From NCBI GenBank assembly GCA_049515895.1, contig JBEKTQ010000027.1, positions 1-57,061 of the forward strand: DNA of 57,061 bases. Direction: 5' to 3'. Source of the stretch: Candidatus Bathyarchaeia archaeon (GTDB taxonomy: Archaea > Thermoproteota > Bathyarchaeia > Bathyarchaeales > Bathycorpusculaceae). The translations under genes and the position numbers were made by a program. Of this stretch, positions 19,953 to 30,467 are shown one piece after another; the stretch's first letter is position 1; each line of letters opens with the position of its first letter. The notes beneath the pieces are model-generated. The model had not been told where the DNA came from and ran no database searches. It was given only the letters and a program-made list of their open reading frames with translations.

Positions 19953-21305
19953 CTATTTCGTTCCTGTTTCTGAATTTGTCGGGTTAGAGCCCGCTGATTC
20001 TTGAACTTTCTCAACCGTCACCACAAGACCCTTCACCGCTTTAACCGTGACCCGCTCACCCTTCCTAGTGTCCCCTGACGAAGATTCCGCGCGCCAGATT
20101 ATTCCTTCTACCCTGACTTCGCCTTTAGGTGTCAAGTCGGTGATGGCGATGCCTGTTTTGCCTAGCAAGGCTTCGGCGCCAGTGAGTTTGGTGCGTCTCC
20201 GGATCGGACCGATAACCCATCTGATGTATAGACCCGCGAGCACTCCAAATATAACCACTAAACTAAGCTCAAATATTGCTAAGTTACCTATGGGCGAAGG
20301 CGAATACTGCAGATTGAAAGAGAGGAAGTAGATTCCGAAGGCACCAAGAATCACTCCTGCCATAATTGCAAAGCCATGTCCAAGCTTCAACTCAACGACA
20401 ATCAACGCCGCCGCCACGATTAATATGATGATGCCCAGCGATGAGGCGCCAACAACTTCTGCCCCTACTAAGCCTGCAACTATTGCGATGACGCCCAGTA
20501 TAGTCAGCACGATGGTTGGGTGCAAGAAATCAAGAACGATTGCGACGATTCCAATGAGGAAGAGGATACCGTCAAGGATGGTGTTGCTTAAAGCGCTAAG
20601 CAGCTGTTCATAGAGGTTTTCGCTGAGCGTTGTCTGAGGGTTATTAGCCAAACCAAGCTGATTGATCGCGTCAGACAATGAATTTGCTGTGCCGTCAGCC
20701 ACGTGGTACTCGACCGCCTGAGTTGCTGAAAATGCTTCATCAGATTGAACCATGTAATAAACAGCGGTAGTGTTTCGTCCCCACTCCGTTGCCAGAGCTT
20801 GCATGTAACTGAGGAAAAAAGCTTGGGTATGATTTTGTTCTAAGGTTGTGCCTCCTACAACGATGGGTGTGCTAGGGCCAATAGCTGAGCCCGGAGCCAT
20901 GAGAATCTTGTTTGAGGCCATGGCTATGTAACTGCCAGCGGAAGCGCCAAAACCATCGGGCACGATGAAAGTATAAGTTGGAATACCAGTAGAGTTCGCC
21001 GCCTTTATGGATGAAACAACGGATTGCATATCGCTGACAAGCCCGCCTGGAGTATTCATCTCAATAACTATAGCCGCTGCTTTCTGACCATCTGCAGTGG
21101 AGACGACGCGCGCCATGAATGTGGATGAGCCTGGGTCAACAGGCGCGTTGAAGTTGGCAATGATGACGGGTCCACTGGCTGAGGCAGGCTGGGCAGACGC
21201 TACAGCCGTGGAACCTTGGAAGCAGCTTGCAGCAAGCAAGAAAAGCAGTGCACAAACGAAGCCTAAGATGGAGATCCGAAGAATTTTTCCCTTATGTTTT
21301 AGCAA
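19953..21305 (-). CDS. nfeD: NfeD-family membrane-bound ClpP-like serine protease
   Basis: MNTPGG, ASAGSYI, MAPGSAIG, GRN, TM block, C-terminal OB domain (G+V+VEGIIWRA). Confidence 0.88.
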   Translation of the reverse strand: MLKHKGKILRISILGFVCALLFLLAASCFQGSTAVASAQPASASGPVIIANFNAPVDPGSSTFMARVVSTADGQKAAAIVIEMNTPGGLVSDMQSVVSSIKAANSTGIPTYTFIVPDGFGASAGSYIAMASNKILMAPGSAIGPSTPIVVGGTTLEQNHTQAFFLSYMQALATEWGRNTTAVYYMVQSDEAFSATQAVEYHVADGTANSLSDAINQLGLANNPQTTLSENLYEQLLSALSNTILDGILFLIGIVAIVLDFLHPTIVLTILGVIAIVAGLVGAEVVGASSLGIIILIVAAALIVVELKLGHGFAIMAGVILGAFGIYFLSFNLQYSPSPIGNLAIFELSLVVIFGVLAGLYIRWVIGPIRRRTKLTGAEALLGKTGIAITDLTPKGEVRVEGIIWRAESSSGDTRKGERVTVKAVKGLVVTVEKVQESAGSNPTNSETGTK

Positions 21306-21334
21306 GTTTCTTCCGTTGTTGCCTATTTAGCAAG

Positions 21335-22060
21335 CTACCTATAAGCTTTGGCATAACGGTTGCCAACATTCGGCTCAAGGGTTTCTTGAAGCTGGGGGCG
21401 GCTGAAGCCTTTTTTGCGCAGAACAAGACGCAAAACTAGACCCGCTAAAATCGCCACAACTCCGATTATCGAAAGCGCCAGCGCGTAAAACAGGGTTCGA
21501 TTTAAGCCTAGAATCTGTGGCGCCCAAATGTTAGTGGAGCTTGTTGTGGTATGCATTACACAGCCTGGCAGGTTTGAGGTTGCTGAAACCATGATGCCGG
21601 TTTGCTTGTCCCAGTTGTAGATGCTTTGGCTTGTTACGCCCACGAGCACATCCCGTTTTGCACCGCCAGCCTGCGTTTTTTCTACGCCAGTCATGTTTAT
21701 GATACCCTCATATTCGGTGGAGTATTGATCGCCCGGTTTTAGTGTGATAGGCACAAAGAAGCCGTCTCCGATCGCCCCGGTTGCAACGTTAAGGTGTATC
21801 CCGTTTTCAGGAAGCAGGGTTCCGTTGCTGTATTGGGTCAGAACGTTGACGGTTATGACTTCGCCCTGCACATTTGTGATGTCCATTTTTGCCCAAGTAA
21901 TATTGTATTCCGAGATGGGGGTGCCTGCCTCCTTAACTGAGTAGCGAATCCAATCGCCTGCTCGAACGCCGACCACACTGCTTTGGGCAAACGCTACGCT
22001 AAGCAGTGGGCTCACCGTCAACAGGACTAAGGCAACTGCGAGGATAGCACATCTACGCAT
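21335..22060 (-). CDS. Secreted, C-terminally anchored hypothetical protein
   Basis: Signal peptide, GVRAGDWIRY, WDKQTGIMV, C-terminal TM helix. Confidence 0.8.
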   Translation of the reverse strand: MRRCAILAVALVLLTVSPLLSVAFAQSSVVGVRAGDWIRYSVKEAGTPISEYNITWAKMDITNVQGEVITVNVLTQYSNGTLLPENGIHLNVATGAIGDGFFVPITLKPGDQYSTEYEGIINMTGVEKTQAGGAKRDVLVGVTSQSIYNWDKQTGIMVSATSNLPGCVMHTTTSSTNIWAPQILGLNRTLFYALALSIIGVVAILAGLVLRLVLRKKGFSRPQLQETLEPNVGNRYAKAYR

Positions 22061-22172
22061 AGCGAATCAAGTTGTATGCTGCCGAACTGTTTAAAAAAAG
22101 TTGCCACAATTGAGGTACTTAGTAGTGGACTTCTAAAAGAGGAACTTCTTGAAGCCAACCCAAACGAAAAGG

Positions 22173-23123
22173 TTAGAACGAAGCGCCTTGTTGCTGAGTT
22201 TTGCGAGAGAATAGCAGCGGCAATCCAAGCATCGGAAGCGACAGAGCCCACAAGTCTTCGTTGTGCCCAAGGAACCAGGCGAACCAGTTACTCCAGCCTC
22301 CGAAGAAAATCCACGTTAAGTAGTTCCAGAGGAAATATATGCCGAGGGCCAGGATGATGACGCCGACGGTTTTGAGGCGTAGTTCTTGCAGAGTTTCCGC
22401 CCTTCTCGATTTTACCGTAAATCCCGCAGCGTAAATTCCCAGAAGCAACAGTCCAATCGCGCTCAAAATGAAACTGAGAAAGTACTGAGGATAGGAGGTC
22501 AGATAAGCTGTTCCTTTTCCTGGCTCGTTTATCACCGAGATCCAGATGGTTGTGTTAAGCAGCCAAAACACGAAGACATAGAGCGTTCCCGTAATCATTC
22601 CCCAGCGAATCCCTACCTTCAAAGGTTTGCTCGGGCTGAGTTTGTAAGCAAGGATGAAGAGGAAGATGGGGAGGGCTATAGATTCAACTAGGACGGGTAG
22701 AGCGTTTGTTGCAAAAGAATTCAGGAAAGCCATTGTCGAGAGATGCCCAAAGGTTCTGGTGAAGAACATGTTTTTGACTTCAAAGTATGCTGTTGGAAGA
22801 AACGCCAGTGCCCAATAGATTCCTTCGAAAACGACAACAAGCCGTATTGCGTTGAAGGTTGCAGGTTTAGAGAGAACTTTTTTGGCGAAGAAGCAGATGA
22901 CAACGGCGATGGCTATGATGCCGGCTGCGAATCGGAAAAGAGTCCCGACGAAGCCGATTATATCTTCAGCGTAGACCTCAAATATAAAGTGTCCTGCGAA
23001 GAAGCGGTTCCATTCGCCAATCCATGACAGAGTGAAGGTGTCATGCAGAGCAAACAGGAAATAAGACAAGACAACTATGAATAAACCTGCTTTCAGCGGC
23101 GAATAGAATTTCTGTGTAGCCAT
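22173..23123 (-). CDS. Polytopic membrane hypothetical protein
   Basis: GGTGAGG SD before ATG 23123; about 8 hydrophobic segments. Confidence 0.8.
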   Translation of the reverse strand: MATQKFYSPLKAGLFIVVLSYFLFALHDTFTLSWIGEWNRFFAGHFIFEVYAEDIIGFVGTLFRFAAGIIAIAVVICFFAKKVLSKPATFNAIRLVVVFEGIYWALAFLPTAYFEVKNMFFTRTFGHLSTMAFLNSFATNALPVLVESIALPIFLFILAYKLSPSKPLKVGIRWGMITGTLYVFVFWLLNTTIWISVINEPGKGTAYLTSYPQYFLSFILSAIGLLLLGIYAAGFTVKSRRAETLQELRLKTVGVIILALGIYFLWNYLTWIFFGGWSNWFAWFLGHNEDLWALSLPMLGLPLLFSRKTQQQGASF

Positions 23124-23290
23124 AGCCTCACCGACAATGCAGCAAAACTCGGCGTCCAACCTATATTACATTTGCGGCTTAAAGCAGACACGCCGGTACG
23201 TCTGTATGGATTGCCAGCTTAATGCCAACAAAGGTTAACGTTAAATACAAACTAAGCTTAATTGTTAAGCACCCAAAAGAAGAATCTGAC

Positions 23291-23512
23291 ATGGCATTAG
23301 ACAACAAGAACCTAACGGCGGTGTTGTACTCTATTGAGGGAGTTGGGGCGGTTTTCGTAGTTATTTTCTTAGCCGCCTACCTAGGCGGGATACCGACAAC
23401 TAACGTTCTGCAGAACCAGCCAGCCTTCAGGATTCCCCTCACCGTACTAGGCGTGGTGATCCTGATTCTTATTCTGGCAGGAACCATCTTAGCAGTCAAA
23501 TACCGCAAATAA
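23291..23512 (+). CDS. Small two-TM membrane protein
   Basis: MALDNKNLTAVLY...; two hydrophobic helices. Confidence 0.7.
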   Translation: MALDNKNLTAVLYSIEGVGAVFVVIFLAAYLGGIPTTNVLQNQPAFRIPLTVLGVVILILILAGTILAVKYRK

Positions 23513-23527
23513 AACGGCGCTTTCGGT

Positions 23528-24424
23528 TTAGGGTTTAAGCATTATAGCGGTTTCGTCTTTTTCTTGTCCCAGAAAGTGTTTTTCTCCTGTTAAGCTGAGT
23601 CGGTAACTCACGTTTAAGCCGTCGCAAAGCAGAAAATAGTTAATTAGAGATGCAGGCATAAATTTACCTTGATGGATTTCGGCGCCCAAATATTTTAGAA
23701 AATCCACGAATTCACCGAAATCCATGTTCGACGGAGTAACAAGTAGAACATCGAAGTTTCTTATTGTTGGTTTCCAATTGAACGTTTGCATCCCGCTGGT
23801 TAATTCGCCGAGTTCTTCGTCCAAAGAGACTCTTTTCATGCTCCTTTGCATTGTAAGTTTAACCAGATTAAGGCCTTCGCCGTGCACTGAGACGTCCGCG
23901 CGTAGCGATTGCTCGCTGCCTAAGTCGGGGCTAATGTTTTCAATTTCCGCAGTGGCTTGGGCTAAATTATGCGATATGTTAAGCGAAGATTTTTCAATGC
24001 CTATCTTCAATGGAAACCAGGGTGAACGAAGCAGGAAAACCCACAGGTCATATGCGTGAGGCAGATCGAAATGGATTGCGGGGGCAATAATCTCGCCGTT
24101 TAAGCTTGGATCTATAAGTCCCGAGACTGGAAACATTTTGTCGCCCAAGTTGACATTAATAATTTGTGTTTGCCCATTGTCCGCCGACGCTTCGGAGTAT
24201 TGAGCACGAGTTGGGTCCAAAATTGTCGGAGTAAACCGCCAATACCGACTCTTACCGTCTGAATCCCAACCGAACGCTAAGCTAGCTGCTCCAATATAGA
24301 TTCCTCTGAAATTCAACGGCTTAATGCTATGAACAGCCACTGCGGTGTTTCCATCCTGCGAGACGCCGTACGATGCCTCATGACCACTCGCCATATTGAA
24401 TGAAGGAACCAGCATTAGCATCAT
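23528..24424 (-). CDS. Hypothetical protein
   Basis: 298-aa ORF, no recognised motif. Confidence 0.7.
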   Translation of the reverse strand: MMLMLVPSFNMASGHEASYGVSQDGNTAVAVHSIKPLNFRGIYIGAASLAFGWDSDGKSRYWRFTPTILDPTRAQYSEASADNGQTQIINVNLGDKMFPVSGLIDPSLNGEIIAPAIHFDLPHAYDLWVFLLRSPWFPLKIGIEKSSLNISHNLAQATAEIENISPDLGSEQSLRADVSVHGEGLNLVKLTMQRSMKRVSLDEELGELTSGMQTFNWKPTIRNFDVLLVTPSNMDFGEFVDFLKYLGAEIHQGKFMPASLINYFLLCDGLNVSYRLSLTGEKHFLGQEKDETAIMLKP

Positions 24425-24544
24425 CTCTTAATGACATCAGTCATCTGGGTTTGCTTTTAAGTTTTAAGCTTAGCATTCTATTGACTTCAGCGAAAAAAGC
24501 AAAGAAACCCTTGCACTTGAAGAAAAGGAAAGCTTGGGGGAATC

Positions 24545-25195
24545 CTAACTGCTAGATCCAGAGAGGTGAACCTGATTTTTTTGGCCGTCCTCAAAAATGT
24601 AAGCCGATCCAATGACTGAGCGGACGCCGTAATCATAAACAATCGCTGATTTCGAGGGAACAGCGTAGATTTTCTCGCCTTTCGAAAGAAGCTGCAACGC
24701 AGGGTCTTTTTGTGGTTTGTAATGTGCCTTAAATGAAAGATCGGCTAAGCCAAGACCATCAACTAAACTTACTTTTTGATTGCAGCGGCAGGTTATTACG
24801 CATTTTTTGCAAAGAGCCAACGCGCCAGCGCTTCTGCCGACAATAACTCCAGGGTACTCCCGGAGTAGCTCCTCTGCACCTCTTTTTCTTAGACGCTCCA
24901 CTAACGCGTTAACGTATCCGCCTGTTAGGTAGATTAGGTTTGACGAAGATATTTTTTGAGCAATTGATTCGATCGGGTCAGAATATTCTACAAAATCCAC
25001 GTTGCCAGCGCCCAGGCTAAGGAAGTAATCAGTAAGGATCTTTCTTTTCTGGTATTTTCTGTCAAATGAAGCTCTTGCCCAAGGGAACACAACCACTGAA
25101 CAAGGCATTTCTGCGTCTTGGAATGCGCGCTCATTAACTTCCAATGCGCTTCGTTTGACAACGTTTTCTCCGCCTAGAAGATACAGCTTGGGCAT
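24545..25195 (-). CDS. Peptidase S51 / class I glutamine amidotransferase-like protein
   Basis: LIYLTGG, GRSAGA nucleophile elbow, GLGL..FKAHY. Confidence 0.85.
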   Translation of the reverse strand: MPKLYLLGGENVVKRSALEVNERAFQDAEMPCSVVVFPWARASFDRKYQKRKILTDYFLSLGAGNVDFVEYSDPIESIAQKISSSNLIYLTGGYVNALVERLRKRGAEELLREYPGVIVGRSAGALALCKKCVITCRCNQKVSLVDGLGLADLSFKAHYKPQKDPALQLLSKGEKIYAVPSKSAIVYDYGVRSVIGSAYIFEDGQKNQVHLSGSSS

Positions 25196-25282
25196 GCTGC
25201 AACAAATCGAAAAGCCGCCTTAAAAGCATGTCCAAAACAAGGCTTATTAAGTCTAAATGTAGAGTTAGGCACCGATGAAAAA

Positions 25283-25642
25283 ATGACGTTTGAAGGATTC
25301 GTCGAATACAAGCGAAGAGAATTCTGCAAGGACGTAAAATGCCCAGTTCAAATAGAGTTAGGAGGGATTTTGGAGGCTTCACCTGCTTACGAGCAGACAA
25401 GAAAGAAATGCAGCAGCGGCTGCCTTTATACTACTTGGCAGTTTCACCACTGGCTTATAGAAAAAGGATACATGATAATAGTTAGCGCACAATTGAAGGA
25501 TAACGAACGGAGTTTGTTAGTGAACTTGGACAAGTCTTGGGTTGACTGGGCTGATCAGCAGGTCGGTAAGGGGAAATTTAGAGACCGAAACCACTTGATC
25601 AAGAGTGCGATGGCTCAATACAAGCTAAAACATGATAAGTGA
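25283..25642 (+). CDS. Cys-rich domain fused to a ribbon-helix-helix-like domain
   Basis: FCKDVKCPVQ..C...C..WQFHHWL, then VNLD..VDWADQQVGKGKFRDRNHLIKSAM. Confidence 0.75.
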   Translation: MTFEGFVEYKRREFCKDVKCPVQIELGGILEASPAYEQTRKKCSSGCLYTTWQFHHWLIEKGYMIIVSAQLKDNERSLLVNLDKSWVDWADQQVGKGKFRDRNHLIKSAMAQYKLKHDK

Positions 25643-25825
25643 GCTACCCGTGATGACGCTCCACTAACTCGACGGACAAAAAGAGAACAAAAAAATAGTA
25701 ACGTTAAGGCATGTGTCCGAGCATAGACCTTTTAAAAGATATTTCGAAAATCAGAATATTCTATCGGTCAGAACAAACCATTAAATCAATTCTCTTATCT
25801 TATGACTTGAGCAGGGAGAAGGCAT

Positions 25826-26410
25826 TTGGAGAAAACTGCAGCAAGCATCCAAGAGGAAATAAAAGAACACGCAATTTGCTTCTTAAAAACCGAGTACGGC
25901 GACCAAGCGGTAAAAAAACTGGCGGCGCTGGACATAGTAGCCGTTGATGCCTACGACAGTGGAGGAATATCGGAAGCCACCGAAAAATACATTAAAATTG
26001 CGGTCAAACGGGACATAAACGCGGGTAAACTCACAAACACTACCAAACTAATAATAAGACACGAACTCGGGCACATCCTCGACGAAAATTCGCCGGCGTT
26101 CCCTGAATTCGACGAGGAAATTAAGCATGAGAAAATAGCTTGGGTAAACGCAAAGCCGAAAACTCCAGCGGAAAACTGGTACAAAAACATCTCGATAAGA
26201 ACACATATTGATCCCCTAAAAATGCAATCTCTCGGTTTTCCAAGACCAGAAACCAAAGTTGCCCCAGATTTGCTCGAGCTGGGAACAAGCGTTGAAATGA
26301 AACGAATGAAAAAAGACAGCGCTTTTCCAGACAGAATCTTGGCAGAAAGATTTACAATGGCAAACCTAATTGAAAACCCCGATTTTTACGATCTGAAAAG
26401 AGATTCTTAG
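25826..26410 (+). CDS. Hypothetical protein with HExxH motif (zincin-like)
   Basis: IIRHELGHIL..E. Confidence 0.7.
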   Translation: MEKTAASIQEEIKEHAICFLKTEYGDQAVKKLAALDIVAVDAYDSGGISEATEKYIKIAVKRDINAGKLTNTTKLIIRHELGHILDENSPAFPEFDEEIKHEKIAWVNAKPKTPAENWYKNISIRTHIDPLKMQSLGFPRPETKVAPDLLELGTSVEMKRMKKDSAFPDRILAERFTMANLIENPDFYDLKRDS

Positions 26411-26542
26411 CCTTTTGGAACTGGAATACTTCAGCAACGGAAAGACCGCTTAGAGCCTTAGGCGCGAGAGATAATCGCCAAAAGGTTCAACTTTAAATCT
26501 TTAAAAAGCATCTTAAAGACAAGAATCAGCAGGGCGTCGATT

Positions 26543-26863
26543 GTGGTAAAGAAAAAATCTGAAAAACTCAAAACTCATGATGCATGCGTAAGAACTATTG
26601 CCGAAGACCTCAAAAAAGACAACTGGCTGGTAAAGGCGAATACTGAAGGCTGGGAAAAACCTTCTGAGATCGGCGGCGTCATTCCAGACGTTTTGGCGCA
26701 TAAAGGTTGCCTAAAACGAATTTGTCAAATAGTAAGTGAAAAAGATTTTGAAGGGAACAAAACGCAGTACAGAGATTTCAAGAACTATTGTAGAGAATAT
26801 GACTTTCAATTATACATTACAGATAAAAATGGAAAACTCAAGCCCTTTGACCCGAAACTTTGA
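26543..26863 (+). CDS. Hypothetical protein, possible degenerate PD-(D/E)xK fold
   Basis: HDACVRTIA..IPDVLAHKG..ICQIVS. Confidence 0.65.
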   Translation: MVKKKSEKLKTHDACVRTIAEDLKKDNWLVKANTEGWEKPSEIGGVIPDVLAHKGCLKRICQIVSEKDFEGNKTQYRDFKNYCREYDFQLYITDKNGKLKPFDPKL

Positions 26864-26945
26864 CAAAAAATAATTCGATCTGGGTGTGCTAAGACAAAGC
26901 TTTTGTTCAAGCAAAAACAGACTGAGAATTGGGGTTAAAGCAAAA

Positions 26946-27146
26946 ATGAAATGTCCTGCGTGTGGAAAAGAGCAGTATGACACTGATTTTTGCAAAGACT
27001 GCGGAAAACAGCTTTGGTACCAATGTGGCAAATGCGGTAGGATAATGGCTGTTTACGATAAATTCTGCGCAATTTGTGGAACCACAAACCCCAAACTACT
27101 ACAATTACCCAAAACCTTGAAAACAACAAGCGTAGAAGTACCATGA
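26946..27146 (+). CDS. Double zinc ribbon protein
   Basis: CPACG, FCKDCG, CGKCG, FCAICG. Confidence 0.85.
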   Translation: MKCPACGKEQYDTDFCKDCGKQLWYQCGKCGRIMAVYDKFCAICGTTNPKLLQLPKTLKTTSVEVP

Positions 27147-27231
27147 AAGTATGTGAAAAACATAGCTCACAACAAATATAAAATTAAAATACCTTTTTAG
27201 CCTGATTAAGGCGCGAGGGGAAAGAAGAAGT

Positions 27232-27480
27232 ATGAGCGAAAATAATGCAGCAAAGAAAGCACGAAGGAAAAAATACCAAAGAAAAGTAGGGCAAGATTTA
27301 GATGATTTGAAAAAGAATCAAATTCAATCTCAGTCCCTCGAAAGCAAAATATTTGATAAAGAAAAGGAAATACGTTTTACAATAGAACTCATCAAGTACT
27401 TAACTGTTGAATTGGCAAATACAAAAGCAGAATTGGCGCTTCTAAAAGAACGCGCGCAATCAACTACAGAATCACAATAA
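27232..27480 (+). CDS. Small coiled-coil hypothetical protein
   Basis: Purine-rich leader; charged helical composition. Confidence 0.6.
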   Translation: MSENNAAKKARRKKYQRKVGQDLDDLKKNQIQSQSLESKIFDKEKEIRFTIELIKYLTVELANTKAELALLKERAQSTTESQ

Positions 27481-27950
27481 GTCCAAGCTTCTTTCTATCT
27501 GTAAAGTACGTGAAACGGTTAGAGCTATTAACGAGTACATTCAACAGAATGAAAACTTTTGCTCAGAATACATCAAGTCGCATGTAGTGGCTCAAGAAGG
27601 TTCAGTTTTATTCTTGAGATTAAGGTTTTCGATTTGGCTCTCAAATGAATATTTGGATGTTGCTTCATTTGATACGCATGTCTTCTTCTATTACATAATT
27701 TAACTGACTTGTTTCAAACTCGCTTGTTTCAACAGTCATGATTTATCGACTTCCTTTTTCTTTTTTTAGTCAAGTTAATCTTCGCAGTTGTTTGACTATG
27801 AATCATTCAGACTTACACTTCGAAATTGGTTGCCGAAGTCTTTCAATGATTACAGATTCGGAGTCGATACTCTTCCATTTGATTAAAGATGATTACAAGG
27901 ATAAAGTTATTTAATCCTCAGACCAAAGAGTCCCACTCGGAGAAATTGTT

Positions 27951-28745
27951 ATGGAGTGGGGTATGAAAAACAGATTAAGTCGACTCATCCAGAGAGATGG
28001 AAAAGCAGTCTTTTTACCCGTTGACCATGGCTACTTCCAAGGACCAACCCATTGCCTTGAGAAGCCCGCAGAAACAATCAAGAATATCTACCAGTACGCT
28101 GACGCACTAATGCTTACGCGGGGTGTTTTGCGGAACTGCGTTGACCCAACTATTGAGAAGCCAATCATACTGCGAGTTTCAGGCGCAGTGTCAGTTGTGG
28201 GTGAAGATTTGTCAAACGAGAGCTTGGTTACTTCAATCCGCGAAATTCTACGATTAAACGCGATGGCCGTTTCAATGTCAGTGTTCGTTGGCACAAAAAA
28301 CGAGAACAAAAGCCTGAGCAATCTGGCGAAGCTAGTTGACACCTGCGAGGATTATGGTGTTCCAGTGATGGCGGTTACTTCGGTTGGAAGAGAACTGGAA
28401 AAAAGGGAAGCCCGCTACTTAGCATTGGTTGCAAGAATCTCAGCGGAAATCGGCGCTCGCGTCGTTAAAACTTACTACTGTGAAAACTTCCAAAAAGTTG
28501 TGGAAGGATGCCCAGTGCCGGTCGTCATTGCAGGTGGACCAAAAACTGAAACGCAGAAAGAAGTATTCGACTTCGTCTATGACGGCATGCAGGCTGGAGC
28601 CATCGGAGTTAACTTAGGCAGGAACGTTTGGCAAACCGAGAATCCAGTCGGCGCAATACGCGGGATAAGAGCCATAGTTCATGACAATTACACTTCGCAA
28701 GAAGCATTCGATCTGTATAATGAGGTGAAAGCTGGCAAAGCTTAA
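27951..28745 (+). CDS. lsrF: LsrF-like thiolase / class I aldolase
   Basis: WGMKNRL, DHGYFQGPT, VVKTYYC, PVVIAGGPK, GRNVWQ. Confidence 0.88.
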   Translation: MEWGMKNRLSRLIQRDGKAVFLPVDHGYFQGPTHCLEKPAETIKNIYQYADALMLTRGVLRNCVDPTIEKPIILRVSGAVSVVGEDLSNESLVTSIREILRLNAMAVSMSVFVGTKNENKSLSNLAKLVDTCEDYGVPVMAVTSVGRELEKREARYLALVARISAEIGARVVKTYYCENFQKVVEGCPVPVVIAGGPKTETQKEVFDFVYDGMQAGAIGVNLGRNVWQTENPVGAIRGIRAIVHDNYTSQEAFDLYNEVKAGKA

Positions 28746-28778
28746 CCAGCAACTTTCCTTTTTCTTGGTGAAACCCTT

Positions 28779-29816
28779 TTGCTCACCGCCGTCTACTACA
28801 ACAATCATGACATCCGCATTCAAGAAGAGCCTATCCCGAAAATCGGAGAGGATGAGGCGTTGCTTAAGGTCATGGCGAGCGGCATTTGCGGCAGCGACGT
28901 TATAGAATGGTACCGTGTGCCTAAGGCTCCGATTGTTTTGGGTCACGAGGCAACAGGGGTCATCGACAAAGTCGGCAGCAAAGTTAAAAGCGTAAAAGTG
29001 GGCGACCGAGTTTTCGTTTCTCACCATATGCCCTGCAATCAGTGCCGTTACTGCAAAAGGGGCTACCACACTGCATGCCACACATTGCACACGACAAACT
29101 ACTATCCAGGCGGCTTCTCCCAGTACATACGGATACCGAAGATAAATGTCGACTTCGGCATCTACAAGTTGCCAGACGACATGTCTTTTGAAGAAGGTAC
29201 ATTTATTGAGCCCTTAGCGTGTGCTTCGCGAGGTCAACGCTTGGCTGACCTGCAAAAAGATGATACACTACTGATTATCGGTAGCGGCATCGCAGGAATC
29301 TTACACACACTGCTTGCCAAGTTCAAAGGCGTACAAAACATAATTGTCTCTGATATTAACCCCTACAGGCTGGAGCTTGCGAAAAAATTCGGTGCAATCC
29401 ACACGCTAAGCGCCAAAGACAACCTTCCAGCCAAACTCAAAGAAGTGAACAATGGAAGGTTAGCTGACCAAGTTGTAGTATGCACAGGAGCCACATCGGC
29501 TTCAATGTCAGCGTTAGACTGCGTTGACAAAGGTGGAACCATCCTATTCTTTGCCGTTCCCGACCCAACTTTTAGGCTGCCAGTTCCGATTAACCAGTTC
29601 TGGAGAAACGAAATAAAAATGCAAACAAGCTACGGCGCTGCGCCAAACGACTTGAAAGATTCGCTGCGGGTTTTGGCCACAAAGCGTTTGGATGTCATAG
29701 ACATGATTACGCATAGGCTAAGTTTATGCGAGGCGCAGGAAGGTTTCGTGTTGATGGCTGAAGCAGGAAAATCGCTCAAAGTTATTTTGGAGCCTAACAA
29801 GGCTGCAGAGCATTAA
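28779..29816 (+). CDS. Zinc-dependent alcohol/polyol dehydrogenase
   Basis: GICGSD, LGHE, CxxCxxC structural Zn site, EPLAC, GSGIAG. Confidence 0.92.
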   Translation: MLTAVYYNNHDIRIQEEPIPKIGEDEALLKVMASGICGSDVIEWYRVPKAPIVLGHEATGVIDKVGSKVKSVKVGDRVFVSHHMPCNQCRYCKRGYHTACHTLHTTNYYPGGFSQYIRIPKINVDFGIYKLPDDMSFEEGTFIEPLACASRGQRLADLQKDDTLLIIGSGIAGILHTLLAKFKGVQNIIVSDINPYRLELAKKFGAIHTLSAKDNLPAKLKEVNNGRLADQVVVCTGATSASMSALDCVDKGGTILFFAVPDPTFRLPVPINQFWRNEIKMQTSYGAAPNDLKDSLRVLATKRLDVIDMITHRLSLCEAQEGFVLMAEAGKSLKVILEPNKAAEH

Positions 29817-29849
29817 GAGATAAAAAGAAAAGGCGACATACAATCTTTC

Positions 29850-30467
29850 ATGTCAAACTTGTTAGATGAGCTTAAGGGGAGGCGGAGCGTCAGGAAGTAT
29901 CAAGCCCGTCCCGTCCCAGAAGGGCTAATCAGGAAGGTATTGGAGGCGGCAGGCTTGGCACCTTCAGCGCATAACGCTCAACCGTGGCGATTCATTGTTT
30001 TGGCGAACCCGCAGGTTAAAAGGCAACTGGCGGAGGCTATGGCGAGGGCTTGGGCTGCCGACATGGCTAAGGACGGCGTCTCCGTTGAGCCCGAAAAGTT
30101 TAACCTCCGCGTTGAAAGGTTCTCAGACGCGCCTGCGCTGCTTCTTGCGTGCTTCTGCATGGAGGGCATGGCGACTTTTGCCGACGTTAAAAGGCAGAGG
30201 CTGGAGCGGGATTTGGCTATGCAGAGTTTAGCAGCTGCCACCGAGAATTTGCTTTTAGCAGCGCATTCAATGGGTTTAGGGGCATGTTGGATTTGTGCGC
30301 CTGCTTTCTGTAAAGAAACCGTGAGGCAAACACTTAAAATTCCCAGCGAAGTTGAGCCCGAGGCTCTGATTTCGTTGGGTTTCCCAGCTGAGGAGCCAGT
30401 GGCGCCAGTGAGGAAACGGCTTGGCGATTATTGTTTTTGGGAAAGGTGGGGCGACAGCTTAGTCTAA
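29850..30467 (+). CDS. Nitroreductase family protein
   Basis: RRSVRKY, APSAHNAQPW, GLGACW. Confidence 0.92.
   Translation: MSNLLDELKGRRSVRKYQARPVPEGLIRKVLEAAGLAPSAHNAQPWRFIVLANPQVKRQLAEAMARAWAADMAKDGVSVEPEKFNLRVERFSDAPALLLACFCMEGMATFADVKRQRLERDLAMQSLAAATENLLLAAHSMGLGACWICAPAFCKETVRQTLKIPSEVEPEALISLGFPAEEPVAPVRKRLGDYCFWERWGDSLV

Noticed and set aside
27600-27740. Possible frameshifted small minus-strand ORF (MTVETSEFETSQ...)
   Set aside because: No recognisable motif to justify joining the frames
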